Shown here piece after piece: positions 41,546 through 51,583 of a stretch of DNA of 64,000 bases (its first letter is position 1; each line of letters begins with the position of its first letter). Below the pieces are notes generated by a model. The model did not search any database. It worked only from the letters and a program-made list of their open reading frames with translations, and was not told where the DNA came from. A program made the position numbers and the translations under genes. The stretch covers positions 1,502-65,501 of the forward strand of contig CBDCXW010000007.1 of NCBI GenBank assembly GCA_965223945.1. The letters run 5' to 3'. Source of the stretch: Dehalococcoidia bacterium. GTDB lineage: Bacteria; Chloroflexota; Dehalococcoidia; Lucifugimonadales; CATQGZ01.

Positions 41546-41713
41546 ATGAGACAGTATGAGACAAAATGAAGCAATTTCACGGAAATCGCGGGCCCGCCCC
41601 GAACAAACCGGCCCGGATTAGCTACGAATCAAGTGTCTCACAGTCGTCGCAAACCGTCTCGAAACCGTCTGTTTACGTCTCACAAGTGTCTCTTGCGCGT
41701 CTCACGGTGTCTC
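41546..41713. repeat. Helically phased GAGACA / GTCTC repeat arrays
   Basis: ATGAGACA at 41546 and 41556, ATGAAGCA at 41566; GTC(T/G)(C/G) at 41635, 41646, 41656, 41667, 41677, 41688, 41699, 41709. Confidence 0.85.
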
Positions 41714-41726
41714 GCCGGAGCCGCCC

Positions 41727-43256
41727 TCACCCCGACCATACCACCCGGCCGCCCACCATGGTAAGGCTCACCCTTGCGCTCAGGAGCTCGTGGGGCTCCA
41801 CGGCCGTCGGGTCCCTGTCGATCAAAGCGAAGTCGGCGAGCTTGCCGGCCTCTATCGTTCCCCGATCGGCTTCATGGCGCGCCGCGTAGGCCGCGTTAAC
41901 CGTGTGCATCGCCAGCGCGCTCTCAGCCGGCACCGCCTCGTCCGCTCCCACCAAGTCCCCGCCCTCGGACCTGCGGGTCATCGCGGCGTACATGCCCAGC
42001 AGAGGGTGCGGCTCCGAGACCGGCGCGTCGGAGCTCGCGGCCACTACGCCCGCCTCCTGGAGGGATCGCATCCGGTAGAGCCACGGCCGGACATCTTCAG
42101 CCACTTGGCAGAGGTATCGCGCTCCACTGTCGTAGATGAACCTGGGCTGCGTGACCACGACTATTCCGGAGCCTCGCAGCCTGCGAAGGACGCTGGGAGG
42201 ACACTCAGAGCAGTGCTCGATCCGGTCCCTGTGTCCGCCCTCCAGGACGCCTGCCGCAGCCTCCACCGCGGATGCCTCGACGGCATGCACCGCGGCCTGG
42301 AAGCCCGCTTCGTGCACTGAGCTGACGGCGTCGGCCAGCTCGTCCACCGGCGGCTCCAGGCGGCCCGCGTCGACCGACAGCATGAGCTTCGCCGGGCCGA
42401 TGTCCATGTCGTGGTTTCCGGCGCCCGGGCCGAGGCCGCGCTCCAGGAACCGGCCGATGTGCTCGACGCCTGCCATGACGGTCAGGCGAGGCGTCAGGCT
42501 GCCGGTCCGCTTCAGCCGGGCCAGAAGGTCCCACCGTTCGGGCGAGTTCGACGGCGTGGCGTCCTGGACTGACGTGATGCCCCGCGACACCATGAGCCTG
42601 CTGGCCTGCCGGCCGCCCTGCTCCAGCTCCCTCTCGCTCAGCCGTGGAATACGGCCGTCGAGGAACGAGCTCATGTCCAGCAGGAGGCCGGTGGGCTCCC
42701 CGGTATCCGGGTCCCTGTCGATCATCCCTCCGGGCGGGTCCGGCGTATCCGCCGATACTCCAACGGCCGCCAGCGCCGCGCTGTTCAGAACGATGGCATG
42801 GCCTGAGCGGTGGTCGAGCCTGGCAGGGTGGCCGGGAGCTGCGGCGTCCAGGTCCCATCTCGTGGGGTGGCGCCTCTCATCCAACGCGAATTCGTCGTAG
42901 CCTCCCGCCCGTATCCAGCCTCCCGGCAGCGCCGCCGCGGCCCGCTCTCGCAACGCCGACTGGATATCCCTGATCGAGGACACCGCCCGCGCCCCGCAAT
43001 TTACAGCCACCAGTCTAGCCGCGAACGCCAGGACGTGGACGTGGGCGTCGATGAATCCCGGTACGAGGGTCTGCCCTTCACAGTCGATCATGCGGACGCC
43101 AGGCCACCTGGTCGAGACGACATCGTCCGCCGTCCCAACCCAGGCGATTCGCTCCCCGCGTACAGCCACAGCCTGGGCCCTCGGCAGGCGAGGGTCCAGG
43201 GTCAGCACATTCGCGTTGTGGAGGATCAGGTCAGGGGGACCGGTCGAGTGTGGCAT
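41727..43256 (-). CDS. YtcJ-like metal-dependent amidohydrolase
   Basis: PGFIDAHVH, AAVHAV, RDRIEHCS, SSDAP, GTIEAGKLADF. Confidence 0.88.
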   Translation of the reverse strand: MPHSTGPPDLILHNANVLTLDPRLPRAQAVAVRGERIAWVGTADDVVSTRWPGVRMIDCEGQTLVPGFIDAHVHVLAFAARLVAVNCGARAVSSIRDIQSALRERAAAALPGGWIRAGGYDEFALDERRHPTRWDLDAAAPGHPARLDHRSGHAIVLNSAALAAVGVSADTPDPPGGMIDRDPDTGEPTGLLLDMSSFLDGRIPRLSERELEQGGRQASRLMVSRGITSVQDATPSNSPERWDLLARLKRTGSLTPRLTVMAGVEHIGRFLERGLGPGAGNHDMDIGPAKLMLSVDAGRLEPPVDELADAVSSVHEAGFQAAVHAVEASAVEAAAGVLEGGHRDRIEHCSECPPSVLRRLRGSGIVVVTQPRFIYDSGARYLCQVAEDVRPWLYRMRSLQEAGVVAASSDAPVSEPHPLLGMYAAMTRRSEGGDLVGADEAVPAESALAMHTVNAAYAARHEADRGTIEAGKLADFALIDRDPTAVEPHELLSARVSLTMVGGRVVWSG

Positions 43257-43315
43257 CGAGCGGTGTTATGCCGCCGAGTCCCTGACATAGGAGGGACTCA
43301 GGCCGCACTTCCACG

Positions 43316-44395
43316 TCAGGTTAGCTTGAATACGAGCAGGCTGGCCGCCACGTACAGGCCGATGAGGACGACAGCCTCCAGCCTCCAGTAGACTCGCGGA
43401 ATGAATCTCGACCACAGCGGTCGCTGCCCGTCGGCGGGAGAGCCCGAAACGGCCTCCACCGGTCGGGGTTTCCCGGCCCTGGTGACCAGGGTGATTACGA
43501 CAACGGCCGTCATCAGAATGGCGACCACGGTCGTAAGCGTGTGAATCTCCGAGACCCCCGTCCAGAGCGACCCCTTCGTGTAAGCGGCGTCGTCCAGGAA
43601 TAGCACGAAGCCCATGTTGAACATGTTGCTGCCGAGGATGTTGGAGATCGCTAGCTCCGGGGCCCCGATGCGGATCGCCGCGAAGGAAGCCGCCAGCTCC
43701 GGCAGCGACGTGCTCAGTGCCAGGAACTGGGTACCTACGAAGCTGGCGTCCCAGCCCATCTCCTCCGAGATGCCTTCGCCCGTGTGGGCCAGCCATATCG
43801 CCGCGACTATGATCACCGACGCGGCTCCTGCGTAGACGGCAGCTGCCCCGAACAGAGACCTCGAGGCATACTTGTCCTCCTCGTCCGGTGTGGCCGAGTG
43901 CTCCTGAATCTGACCGGAGCGGTATGTCATATACATGGCGGCCAGGAAGACCAGCCCCAGCACCAAGCTCACGGGGCTGAGATACCATCCAGAGGCGGCA
44001 GTGGTCTGGTGATGTACGACGATGCCCAGGCCGGCCAGTGATATCAGGACGATGCCCAAGGCGGCGACCAGGGTGGCAGTCGGGCTTACCCGGCCCAGGA
44101 TCGGCCCACCCCGCCAGAAGGTGTCCAGCAGCCCTATGATGAGCAGGTTGAATAGGTTGCTGCCGAATGCGTCGCCCGCGGCCAGGTCGGGCTGGTCGAT
44201 CAGCACGATAGAGCTTACCCCTGTTCCAAGCTCGGGGAGAGAGGTGGCGGTCGCGAGCAGGATGACTCCGGCGAAGGACCTGCCCAGCCCCGTCTTGAGC
44301 GCGATCACGTCGGCCGAGCGGGCCAGGTACATCGAAGCCCCGAGGATCAGCGCGGCGGACGCCGCCAGTTGAAGCCATAGGAAGGTCGTGGTCAT
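43316..44395 (-). CDS. Sodium/calcium exchanger family antiporter
   Basis: Two alpha-repeats: ATSLPEL..GSNLFN and STSLPEL..GSNMFN. Confidence 0.9.
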   Translation of the reverse strand: MTTTFLWLQLAASAALILGASMYLARSADVIALKTGLGRSFAGVILLATATSLPELGTGVSSIVLIDQPDLAAGDAFGSNLFNLLIIGLLDTFWRGGPILGRVSPTATLVAALGIVLISLAGLGIVVHHQTTAASGWYLSPVSLVLGLVFLAAMYMTYRSGQIQEHSATPDEEDKYASRSLFGAAAVYAGAASVIIVAAIWLAHTGEGISEEMGWDASFVGTQFLALSTSLPELAASFAAIRIGAPELAISNILGSNMFNMGFVLFLDDAAYTKGSLWTGVSEIHTLTTVVAILMTAVVVITLVTRAGKPRPVEAVSGSPADGQRPLWSRFIPRVYWRLEAVVLIGLYVAASLLVFKLT

Positions 44396-44787
44396 GAGGA
44401 CTCGCCGGCCTCCGCTAACACCCGCTCGAACGCGTCCCGCAGATCGTCTGTCAGAGACCTCATCGTCTGTCTCACGTTCCTGTCGCTCAGTCCTCCGCAG
44501 AGCGTATCCAGGAAGTCCGCCACGCCCTCGGTCAGGGCATCCATCACCAGCCGCTCGACGTCGATACCGCTCGAGTGCACGACAACCAGCAGGTCGTTCA
44601 TGCCTCCGCTCGACACGATCATGCTGACGAGGTCGTCGTCCCTCTTGAATTCGTGGGTGCTGTATCTGCCCAGGCGCCCGCCGATGGCTATGTGGGCGAA
44701 GCCTAGGCCCGTCATGTAACGCATGAAGGCGTCCTGGAACAGCTCCCTCGCAACCTTCGGTATGACCGTTTCGTACGAGTCAGCCAT
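44392..44787 (-). CDS. Hypothetical protein in the antiporter operon
   Basis: AGGAG RBS; ATGA overlap with the Na/Ca exchanger gene. Confidence 0.65.
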   Translation of the reverse strand: MADSYETVIPKVARELFQDAFMRYMTGLGFAHIAIGGRLGRYSTHEFKRDDDLVSMIVSSGGMNDLLVVVHSSGIDVERLVMDALTEGVADFLDTLCGGLSDRNVRQTMRSLTDDLRDAFERVLAEAGESS

Positions 44788-44809
44788 GGAGTCTCCTTTC
44801 TTCCGATGC

Positions 44810-46090
44810 CTAATCACCCTCCTGCGACCGGAGTCCTGGGACCCCCTCCGGGAAGGAGCGCGCCAGCACCAGCGGCGCCAGCACCGTCGTCACAACGGTC
44901 ACGATGATGGCGACTCCAAACAGCTCCTGGCGTATGAGTCCAGCCCCGACTCCTATCCCCGCCATGATAAGGGCGACCTCTCCTCTGGGCAGCATCCCGA
45001 TACCGATTCTCCAGGCCCCGAAGAGATTGAAGCCGGTGAAGAGCGCCGGGACCCCGCTTCCCACGACCTTGCCGATGATCGCCAGCGCGGTTGCCGCGAT
45101 ACCGAACTGCCACACGCCCCCCAGAGCGGTGACGTCCACCAGCATGCCCATGACGACGAAGAAAATGGGTATGAGCGCCGCGTAGACTCCCCGCAGGGGC
45201 TCCTCCAGCCGATGGGCGAGGTCCGTCCCGGAGAGGGCGAGGCCGATGGAGAAAGCGCCTATTATCATGGCCAGACCGAACATCTCCGCCAGTGCGGAGG
45301 CCAGGAACGCCAGTCCCAGCGCCAGCCCCATTGCGGCTCCGCTCACCCTGAACCGCCCGAACAGGGCGGATATGCGCTTCGACAGCAGCACCCCCAGGCC
45401 TGTCAGGGCAACCCAGAAGCCGATGGTCTTCAATGCGATCAGGCCTGTTGAGGACGCGGAGAACTCCCCTTCTATGGCGATCCCCAGCACCACCGTGAGG
45501 ATCAGTATGCCGAGGACGTCGTCCAGGACCGCAGCGGCCAGGATGGTGACCCCCTCCGCCGTATCGAGCCGCCTGAGGTCTCCGAGCACGCGCACGGAGA
45601 TTCCGATTGAGGTTGCCGTGAAGATCGCGCCGACGAACAGGGCCTTGGGATCGCCGAACCCGTCGGCATACCCGAACGCCACGGTGACGGCCACCCCCAG
45701 GATGAAGGGAACGACGGACCCCCCGACCGCGACGATGGACGCCGGCCCCGCATATCTAACGAACTGCCGCAGGTTGGTCTCAAGCCCGGCAGTGAACAGC
45801 AGGATGATCGCCCCGATCTGCGCAATCGACCAGAGGCTCTCGGAGATCGGGAGCGTGAACCCTTCTGTGCCGCTAGCGGCCGAGTGCAGGTCCTCGAAGA
45901 GAGGACCCAAGCCTGGTATATCCACTCCACCAAGAGCGAACGGCCCGATCAATATCCCCGCGCCCAACTCGCCGAGCACGGGAGGGATCTTGAGGAATCG
46001 CTCGCATATTTCTCCGCTCAGCTTCGCCGCTAGCAGTATTACGCCGAGCTGGAGGACCAGCCTTACGATCTCCTCGGAGCTATGCTCCAA
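44810..46090 (-). CDS. CPA2-family cation/H+ antiporter
   Basis: GILIGP, ATSIGIS, AAVLDDVLG, GMLPRGEV. Confidence 0.9.
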   Translation of the reverse strand: MEHSSEEIVRLVLQLGVILLAAKLSGEICERFLKIPPVLGELGAGILIGPFALGGVDIPGLGPLFEDLHSAASGTEGFTLPISESLWSIAQIGAIILLFTAGLETNLRQFVRYAGPASIVAVGGSVVPFILGVAVTVAFGYADGFGDPKALFVGAIFTATSIGISVRVLGDLRRLDTAEGVTILAAAVLDDVLGILILTVVLGIAIEGEFSASSTGLIALKTIGFWVALTGLGVLLSKRISALFGRFRVSGAAMGLALGLAFLASALAEMFGLAMIIGAFSIGLALSGTDLAHRLEEPLRGVYAALIPIFFVVMGMLVDVTALGGVWQFGIAATALAIIGKVVGSGVPALFTGFNLFGAWRIGIGMLPRGEVALIMAGIGVGAGLIRQELFGVAIIVTVVTTVLAPLVLARSFPEGVPGLRSQEGD

Positions 46091-46208
46091 TTTCAGATTC
46101 CGTCATACGAGTACCTCGCTGAATTCTCGTCAATCAACACGGGGGAATTATAGCAAAGGTAGCGACTGCACCGTGTGGTACGATGTTGACTGCGCTTGAG
46201 GAGTCACC

Positions 46209-47243
46209 GTGCAGCCACCTGGACTTATAACCCTCATGGGGTCGGGTGAGACCGCTCCCGGCGGTCGCGTCCTCTACGAGACGGCGTTCGAGAGGCTGCC
46301 CCGCCCAGTGAAGGTCGCCATCATGGAGACGCCCGCGGGCTTCGAGCTAAACTCGTCCTACGTAGCAAATCGAGTCTCCGAGTTCATCCAACACCGCCTC
46401 CAGAACTACAGTCCGGAAGTGACGGTTATTCCGGCGCGAAGGCGAGACTCGGAGCTTGGCACCAACAACCCGGATGTCCTGAGACCTCTTCTTGATGCGG
46501 ACTGCATCTTCATGGGGCCGGGCAGTCCCAGCTACGCGGTCCGCCACCTGGCGGGAAGCCGCGCTTGGGACATGATCCAGGCCCGCCATCGCCTCGGCGC
46601 GTGCCTGGCGTTTGCGAGCAGCGCCGCCATAGCAATCGGCGCTAGTGCTGTCCCGATCTACGAGATATACAAGGTCGGCGAAGACCCGCGTTGGATACCG
46701 GGGCTCGACCTGCTGGGGCAGCTCGGTCTCAACATCGCGTGCATCACTCACTGGAACAATACGGAGGGAGGGGCGAACCTGGACACGAGCCGCTGCTACA
46801 TGGGCAGTTCTCGAATGGAGGCCCTGTTCCCCCTGCTTCCCGGCGGTACTACGGTGGTGGGCATCGATGAGCATACGGCGCTGACGCTCGACTTTTCCGA
46901 CCAGTCGTGCCGGGTCGTCGGAAGGGGAGCAGTCACTCTCATACGAGATGGACAGGCGCGGGTGTTCGCGCCCGGCCCCGGCTTCCCTATGAGCGAGATC
47001 GGCGCCGTAAGCATCCCGGAGGCTTCACAAGGCATACGGCCTGACGTATGGGCTGAGGCTGTCGAGGCTCAACAAACAGAACCTCCGCAGCTGTCTGAAG
47101 AGGCTGAGGGGCTGATCGCCGACCGCGAGGAGGCTCGGCGCGCGAAGGACTGGCGGAGGGCCGACATGCTGAGGGACCGGCTGTCGGACATGGGCTACGC
47201 CGTCGTTGATACGCCCGACGGGCCCAGGTGGGAGGCCGCTTAG
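46209..47243 (+). CDS. Cyanophycinase/peptidase S51-like domain fused to a CysRS-like C-terminal tRNA-binding segment
   Basis: LMGSGE, FMGPGSP, ASSAAA, GIDEHTAL; C-terminus REEARRAKDWRRADMLRDRL..MGYAVVDTPDGPRW. Confidence 0.75.
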   Translation: MQPPGLITLMGSGETAPGGRVLYETAFERLPRPVKVAIMETPAGFELNSSYVANRVSEFIQHRLQNYSPEVTVIPARRRDSELGTNNPDVLRPLLDADCIFMGPGSPSYAVRHLAGSRAWDMIQARHRLGACLAFASSAAIAIGASAVPIYEIYKVGEDPRWIPGLDLLGQLGLNIACITHWNNTEGGANLDTSRCYMGSSRMEALFPLLPGGTTVVGIDEHTALTLDFSDQSCRVVGRGAVTLIRDGQARVFAPGPGFPMSEIGAVSIPEASQGIRPDVWAEAVEAQQTEPPQLSEEAEGLIADREEARRAKDWRRADMLRDRLSDMGYAVVDTPDGPRWEAA

Positions 47244-48697
47244 CGTCCCGTTGACTGGCCGATGGTGAGCACTCTCAGCAGATTCGTGCCTCCAGAGACT
47301 CCTATCGGCAGCCCGGCCACAAGCACGACGAGGTCTCCCGGCCCGACGCCGACGGTTTCGATAGCCTGGCGCTCTCCCTCCTCGAAGAAGTCGTCCACGC
47401 TCTCCAGCCTATCGACAGTCAGCGGTGTCACGCCCCACCGCAGGACGAGCCGCCTCTGGACCCGCTCGTTCGGTGTAATCGCCAGGATTGGCGGCTGAGG
47501 CCGGTACTTCGACACGCGCCCCGCCGTCGACCCGGACTCGGTGAACGCCACGATCGCCTTCGCTTTTAGCTGGTGGGCGGTCCGGCAGGCATCGTAGCTG
47601 ATCGCGTCGTCCGTCTGCTCCACCAACTCCAGCGCCTTCTCCAAGATGATCGACTCGTACGCCAGGACAGACTCGGCCTCGATGGCGACGCGCGCCATCA
47701 AGTCAACGGCCTCGACAGGGTACCGTCCTATCGAAGTCTCGCCCGACAGCATTATGGCATCCGTGCCGTCGAAGACGGCGTTGGCAACGTCGGTCACCTC
47801 GGCCCGGGTCGGCACGGGGGACTGGACCATAGACTCCAGCATCTGCGTCGCGGTTATGACGGGCTTGCCGACGGCGTTGCACCGACGGATGAGCTCCTTC
47901 TGTATGCTGGGCACCTTCTCAATGGGCACGTCGACCCCAAGGTCGCCGCGCGCCACCATGAGAGCGTCGCTGACCTCCAGGATGCTGTCCATGCTGTCCA
48001 CGGCCTCCGACCGCTCGATCTTGGAGATGATCTCCGGCTCGCGGCCGAGCTCGCGGAGGTACTCTCTGGCGGAGGTGACGTTCTCATCCTCGGTGACCAC
48101 GGACAGGGCAACGAAATCGGCATCCTGCTCGGCGGCGAACTCCAGCGCCGCCCTCGTCTGCTTGCTGTGGAAGGGCTGCGATGGGGCCTTGCCGGGCGTC
48201 GTGACTCCTCGTTGCTCCGTCATCCTGCCGCCAGCGGCCACCCGGCAACGGACGGACTCGCCGTCGACGGCAACCACCTCTAACGCGATGAGACCGTCGT
48301 CTATCAGGACCGAGCCGCCCACCGAGGCGTCGCGATGGATACCCGGCGGCGATACCGACACGACCTCATGGTTGCCAACCACGTCGCGGCTGGTCAGGGC
48401 GATCTCGTCGCCCGCCTTAAGCTCCACGACGCCCGTCGACAGCTCCCCCGTTCGGTACTTCGGGCCCGGAACGTCGACCATGATGCCCACAGGCTCGCCC
48501 AGCCGGTCCGCCTCTCGACGCACCGTACGTATCGCAATCGCGTGCGAATCGAGGGAGCCGTGCGAGAGGTTTAGGCGGGCGATGCTCATCCCGGCTTCGA
48601 TCAGAGCCCGGATCTGCTCCGCGCTTTCAGTAGAAGGGCCCAGCGTGCAGACTATCTTCGTCTTGGGCCGTCCCGTCCCATTTGTACCAGCGCTCAA
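47240..48697 (-). CDS. pyk: Pyruvate kinase
   Basis: KTKIVCTLGP, SKIE, MVARGDLG, ATQMLESM, PTRAEVTDV; start approximate. Confidence 0.95.
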   Translation of the reverse strand: MSAGTNGTGRPKTKIVCTLGPSTESAEQIRALIEAGMSIARLNLSHGSLDSHAIAIRTVRREADRLGEPVGIMVDVPGPKYRTGELSTGVVELKAGDEIALTSRDVVGNHEVVSVSPPGIHRDASVGGSVLIDDGLIALEVVAVDGESVRCRVAAGGRMTEQRGVTTPGKAPSQPFHSKQTRAALEFAAEQDADFVALSVVTEDENVTSAREYLRELGREPEIISKIERSEAVDSMDSILEVSDALMVARGDLGVDVPIEKVPSIQKELIRRCNAVGKPVITATQMLESMVQSPVPTRAEVTDVANAVFDGTDAIMLSGETSIGRYPVEAVDLMARVAIEAESVLAYESIILEKALELVEQTDDAISYDACRTAHQLKAKAIVAFTESGSTAGRVSKYRPQPPILAITPNERVQRRLVLRWGVTPLTVDRLESVDDFFEEGERQAIETVGVGPGDLVVLVAGLPIGVSGGTNLLRVLTIGQSTGR

Positions 48698-48800
48698 GCC
48701 GCCAGCTCCCTTCGCTCCCGGTTTCTCTGATACTACACGATTCAGTGCATAGGGGAACACTCGGCGGTCGCTGCGCAATCGAATTATGGCGGGTTCCGTC

Positions 48801-48893
48801 CGTCGTTACTCCGGCGAAGGGCCTGCTCAGTACTCGATAGGGGGCAGCGTCCAGAGGCGCAGGGACTGGATTTCGGCCTTCGCCGGAACGACG
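48801..48893. repeat. Degenerate inverted REP pair (CCGGCGAAGG family)
   Basis: CGTCGTTACTCCGGCGAAGG ... CTGGATTTCGGCCTTCGCCGGAACGACG. Confidence 0.55.
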
Positions 48894-48970
48894 GACAGGT
48901 AGTACCGCCTCGGAAGGCCGTGCTAGGATGTCGGCTCCACTTCCGTAGGAATTGCTGTCAGGAGGCGGCC

Positions 48971-50362
48971 TTGGCGTCCGATATCGCGCTCATGGCCCAC
49001 CTCTTCCGCCGCGCCGGGTTCGGCGCGAGCCGCGACGAGCTGGAGGCCTGCGCGGCACGTGGATATGAGGCCGTGGTTGACGACCTGCTTCACCCGGAGC
49101 GCTTCCCAGAGGTGGAGGACGACCTCATAGGCCGCTACAACCACGGCGTGCTCCTGCAGGCCTCTATCGAGGGCGAGGCGCAGCGGTGGTTCTATCGCAT
49201 GATTAACACCAGGCGGCCTCTCCAGGAGAAGGTCGCGCTATTCTGGCACCACGTCTTCGCGACCGCCTGGTACAAGACCGAGCACAACCCCGATATGGTG
49301 CGCCAGATCGACATGTTCCGCGAGGTCGGTCTCTCCAGGTTCCGTACCATCCTGGCGCGGCTCTCCAGAGATCCGGCCATGCTGGACTGGCTGGACAACC
49401 AGGAGAACCACAAGGGCGAGCCCAACGAGAACTACGCCCGCGAGCTCCTCGAGCTCTTCTCGATGGGCGTGGGCAACTATACGGAGAACGACGTCAAGAA
49501 CGCAGGCCTGAGCTTCACCGGCTGGTCCTTCATTCAGCCGATCCCCGGCTACCCGTACGGCCAGTACAGGTCGGAGTTCGCCTACAGCGCGGACGACCAC
49601 GACGACAGCGTGAAGACCTTTCTGGGGGAGACGGGACGCTTCGACGGCGAGGACATAATCGAGATCATAGTCAGACAGCCCGCGACCGCGGAGTTCGTGT
49701 CGCGCCACCTGTACAACTTCTTCGTTGCCGACGAGCCTCAGGTGCCGTCCTGGGGCAAAGTCTCCCCTCGCGACCCCGCCGCCATCGACACGCTGGCGGA
49801 AGCGTACTTTCAGTCGGACGGGGAGATCAGGGCGGTCCTGGGCGTGCTGTTCCGCTCCGACTTCTTCAAGGAGGCCACCTTCGAGCGGGTGAAGTGCCCG
49901 GCGGAGCTGGTCGCGGGCACCGTGAAGCTGGTCGGCACAGACCGCTTTCCGAGGCCCGAGCTGGGCCGCCTGCCCGCGGCCGTGACGGCGATGGGACAGG
50001 AGCTGTTGAACCCGCCGACCGTCGAGGGCTGGCACACGGGCAAGGAGTGGATCGACGGCGGCACGCTGTCCGAGCGCGTGGAGTTTGCTGTCGGCGAGGT
50101 GTCTGGCGTGTCCAGCCCTGGGGTCAGGTCGATCATCGACAGGCTTGAGGCGGTGGGACATCCGCTCGCCCCCGATGCGGTCGTTGACGCCTGCCTGGAC
50201 CTCGTGGGGCCTCTGACTGTGGGACCCGACGCGCGCGACGCCATGATAGGGCACGTCCGCGAAGAGGGCCCCCTGGCCTTCCATGACAAGGACGCCGCGG
50301 CCGATAGGGTCGTGCGGCTGCTCCAGGTCATCGTATCGACGAGAGAATACCAGCTCGCCTAG
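48971..50362 (+). CDS. DUF1800 family protein
   Basis: AHLFRRAGFG, LFWHHVFA, NENYARELLELFSMG, PPTVEGW, EYQLA. Confidence 0.88.
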   Translation: MASDIALMAHLFRRAGFGASRDELEACAARGYEAVVDDLLHPERFPEVEDDLIGRYNHGVLLQASIEGEAQRWFYRMINTRRPLQEKVALFWHHVFATAWYKTEHNPDMVRQIDMFREVGLSRFRTILARLSRDPAMLDWLDNQENHKGEPNENYARELLELFSMGVGNYTENDVKNAGLSFTGWSFIQPIPGYPYGQYRSEFAYSADDHDDSVKTFLGETGRFDGEDIIEIIVRQPATAEFVSRHLYNFFVADEPQVPSWGKVSPRDPAAIDTLAEAYFQSDGEIRAVLGVLFRSDFFKEATFERVKCPAELVAGTVKLVGTDRFPRPELGRLPAAVTAMGQELLNPPTVEGWHTGKEWIDGGTLSERVEFAVGEVSGVSSPGVRSIIDRLEAVGHPLAPDAVVDACLDLVGPLTVGPDARDAMIGHVREEGPLAFHDKDAAADRVVRLLQVIVSTREYQLA

Positions 50363-50381
50363 CATAGCGAGGCGCGGTCTC

Positions 50382-51425
50382 ATGTCCCAGAACGGAACCG
50401 GTAACGGGAGCGGCCCACCCCACGCACTGTTGAGAGCGGGGTTCCCCTACGTAAAGACGATCGGAATGATCCGGACCACGCCCGCGCCTGTCGACGTGGC
50501 CATAGGCTCCGACCGCCGCATCTACGTGCTGAGCCGCGGCCGCGCCGGGGTCCTGATCGACAGCTGGGACGACGACTACCCCCTCAGGCACCCGGTCATC
50601 GGAGGACCCGGGACCGCCCCGGGCCAGCTTGTCTGGCCGGCCTCCATGGTCCTGGACGGCGAGGAGAATATCTTCGTCGTGGACGAGGCCCTCCACCGCA
50701 TCACCGCCTTCGATCGGGATGGCAGGCTTCTTAGCGTCTGGGGAGAACACGGGCCCGGAGACGGACTTCTCGATCATCCATCGGGGGTGGCACTCGACTC
50801 CGACGGCGACCTCTACGTCTCGGACACCGGGAACCACCGCATCCAGAAGCTCACCAGAGACGGCAGATTCCTGGAGTCGTGGGGAGAGTTCGGCGATGGG
50901 CCGGGCCAGTTCAACATGCCATGGGGCATCGCCATCGACGACTGGGGTTTCGTATACGTCGCGGACTGGCGGAACGACAGAATCCAGAAGTTCACACCGG
51001 AAGGCCGCTTTCTGTTCGCCCTGGGCGGATCCGGGAGCGGCGACGGGGAGTTCAAGAGGCCCTCCGGAGTGGCCGTCGACATGCACGGGGACATATACGT
51101 GGCGGACCGGGAGAATCACAGAATCCAGCTCTTCAGCAGGGAAGGGCGGTATGTGGAGAAGTTCATCGGCGACGCGACCATCTCGCGGTCCGGCCGCATG
51201 TACCTGACGAACAACCCGGGGCCGCTCCGGCAGCGCGAGTCGACGGACCTGGAGCCCCAGAAGCGGTTCAGAGGGCCGGTCTCGGTCAGAGTCGATAGAG
51301 ACGGTGCGATGTACGTGGCCGACTACGGCTCATCCCGCATACAGGTCTACCAGAAAGAAGCGTACCCCCTGGCCCCCGACCAGATCGGCCCTCCCCTCCG
51401 CTCGCCGCGCCTCTACACGATGTAG
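50382..51425 (+). CDS. NHL-repeat (beta-propeller) protein
   Basis: Repeated P.GVA.D..G..YVAD..N.RIQKF units. Confidence 0.88.
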   Translation: MSQNGTGNGSGPPHALLRAGFPYVKTIGMIRTTPAPVDVAIGSDRRIYVLSRGRAGVLIDSWDDDYPLRHPVIGGPGTAPGQLVWPASMVLDGEENIFVVDEALHRITAFDRDGRLLSVWGEHGPGDGLLDHPSGVALDSDGDLYVSDTGNHRIQKLTRDGRFLESWGEFGDGPGQFNMPWGIAIDDWGFVYVADWRNDRIQKFTPEGRFLFALGGSGSGDGEFKRPSGVAVDMHGDIYVADRENHRIQLFSREGRYVEKFIGDATISRSGRMYLTNNPGPLRQRESTDLEPQKRFRGPVSVRVDRDGAMYVADYGSSRIQVYQKEAYPLAPDQIGPPLRSPRLYTM

Positions 51426-51442
51426 GCTGGGGCCGTTCTAAC

Positions 51443-51544
51443 ATGCGGAAGAAGCTGACTATCACCATAGATGAGGATGTGTACGACGGCCTCTACCGCA
51501 TCGCGGGAAAACGCGGTCAGGACGTTTGGGCGAGATCGTCATAG
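51443..51544 (+). pseudogene. Ribbon-helix-helix antitoxin remnant
   Basis: MRKKLTITIDEDVYDGLYRIAGKR, then premature end (33 aa). Confidence 0.6.
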
Positions 51545-51583
51545 GCAATCATTAGTTGATGATGCGCTCCAGCTCGTCGGCGG

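Noticed and set aside
41546..41713. CRISPR array
   Set aside because: Repeats are 5-8 bp at ~10.5-bp pitch, with no 23-47-bp repeats, no spacers and no cas genes
41566..41889. 107-aa ORF across the phased array
   Set aside because: Low-complexity product of the DNA repeats; overlaps the 3' end of the amidohydrolase gene antisense
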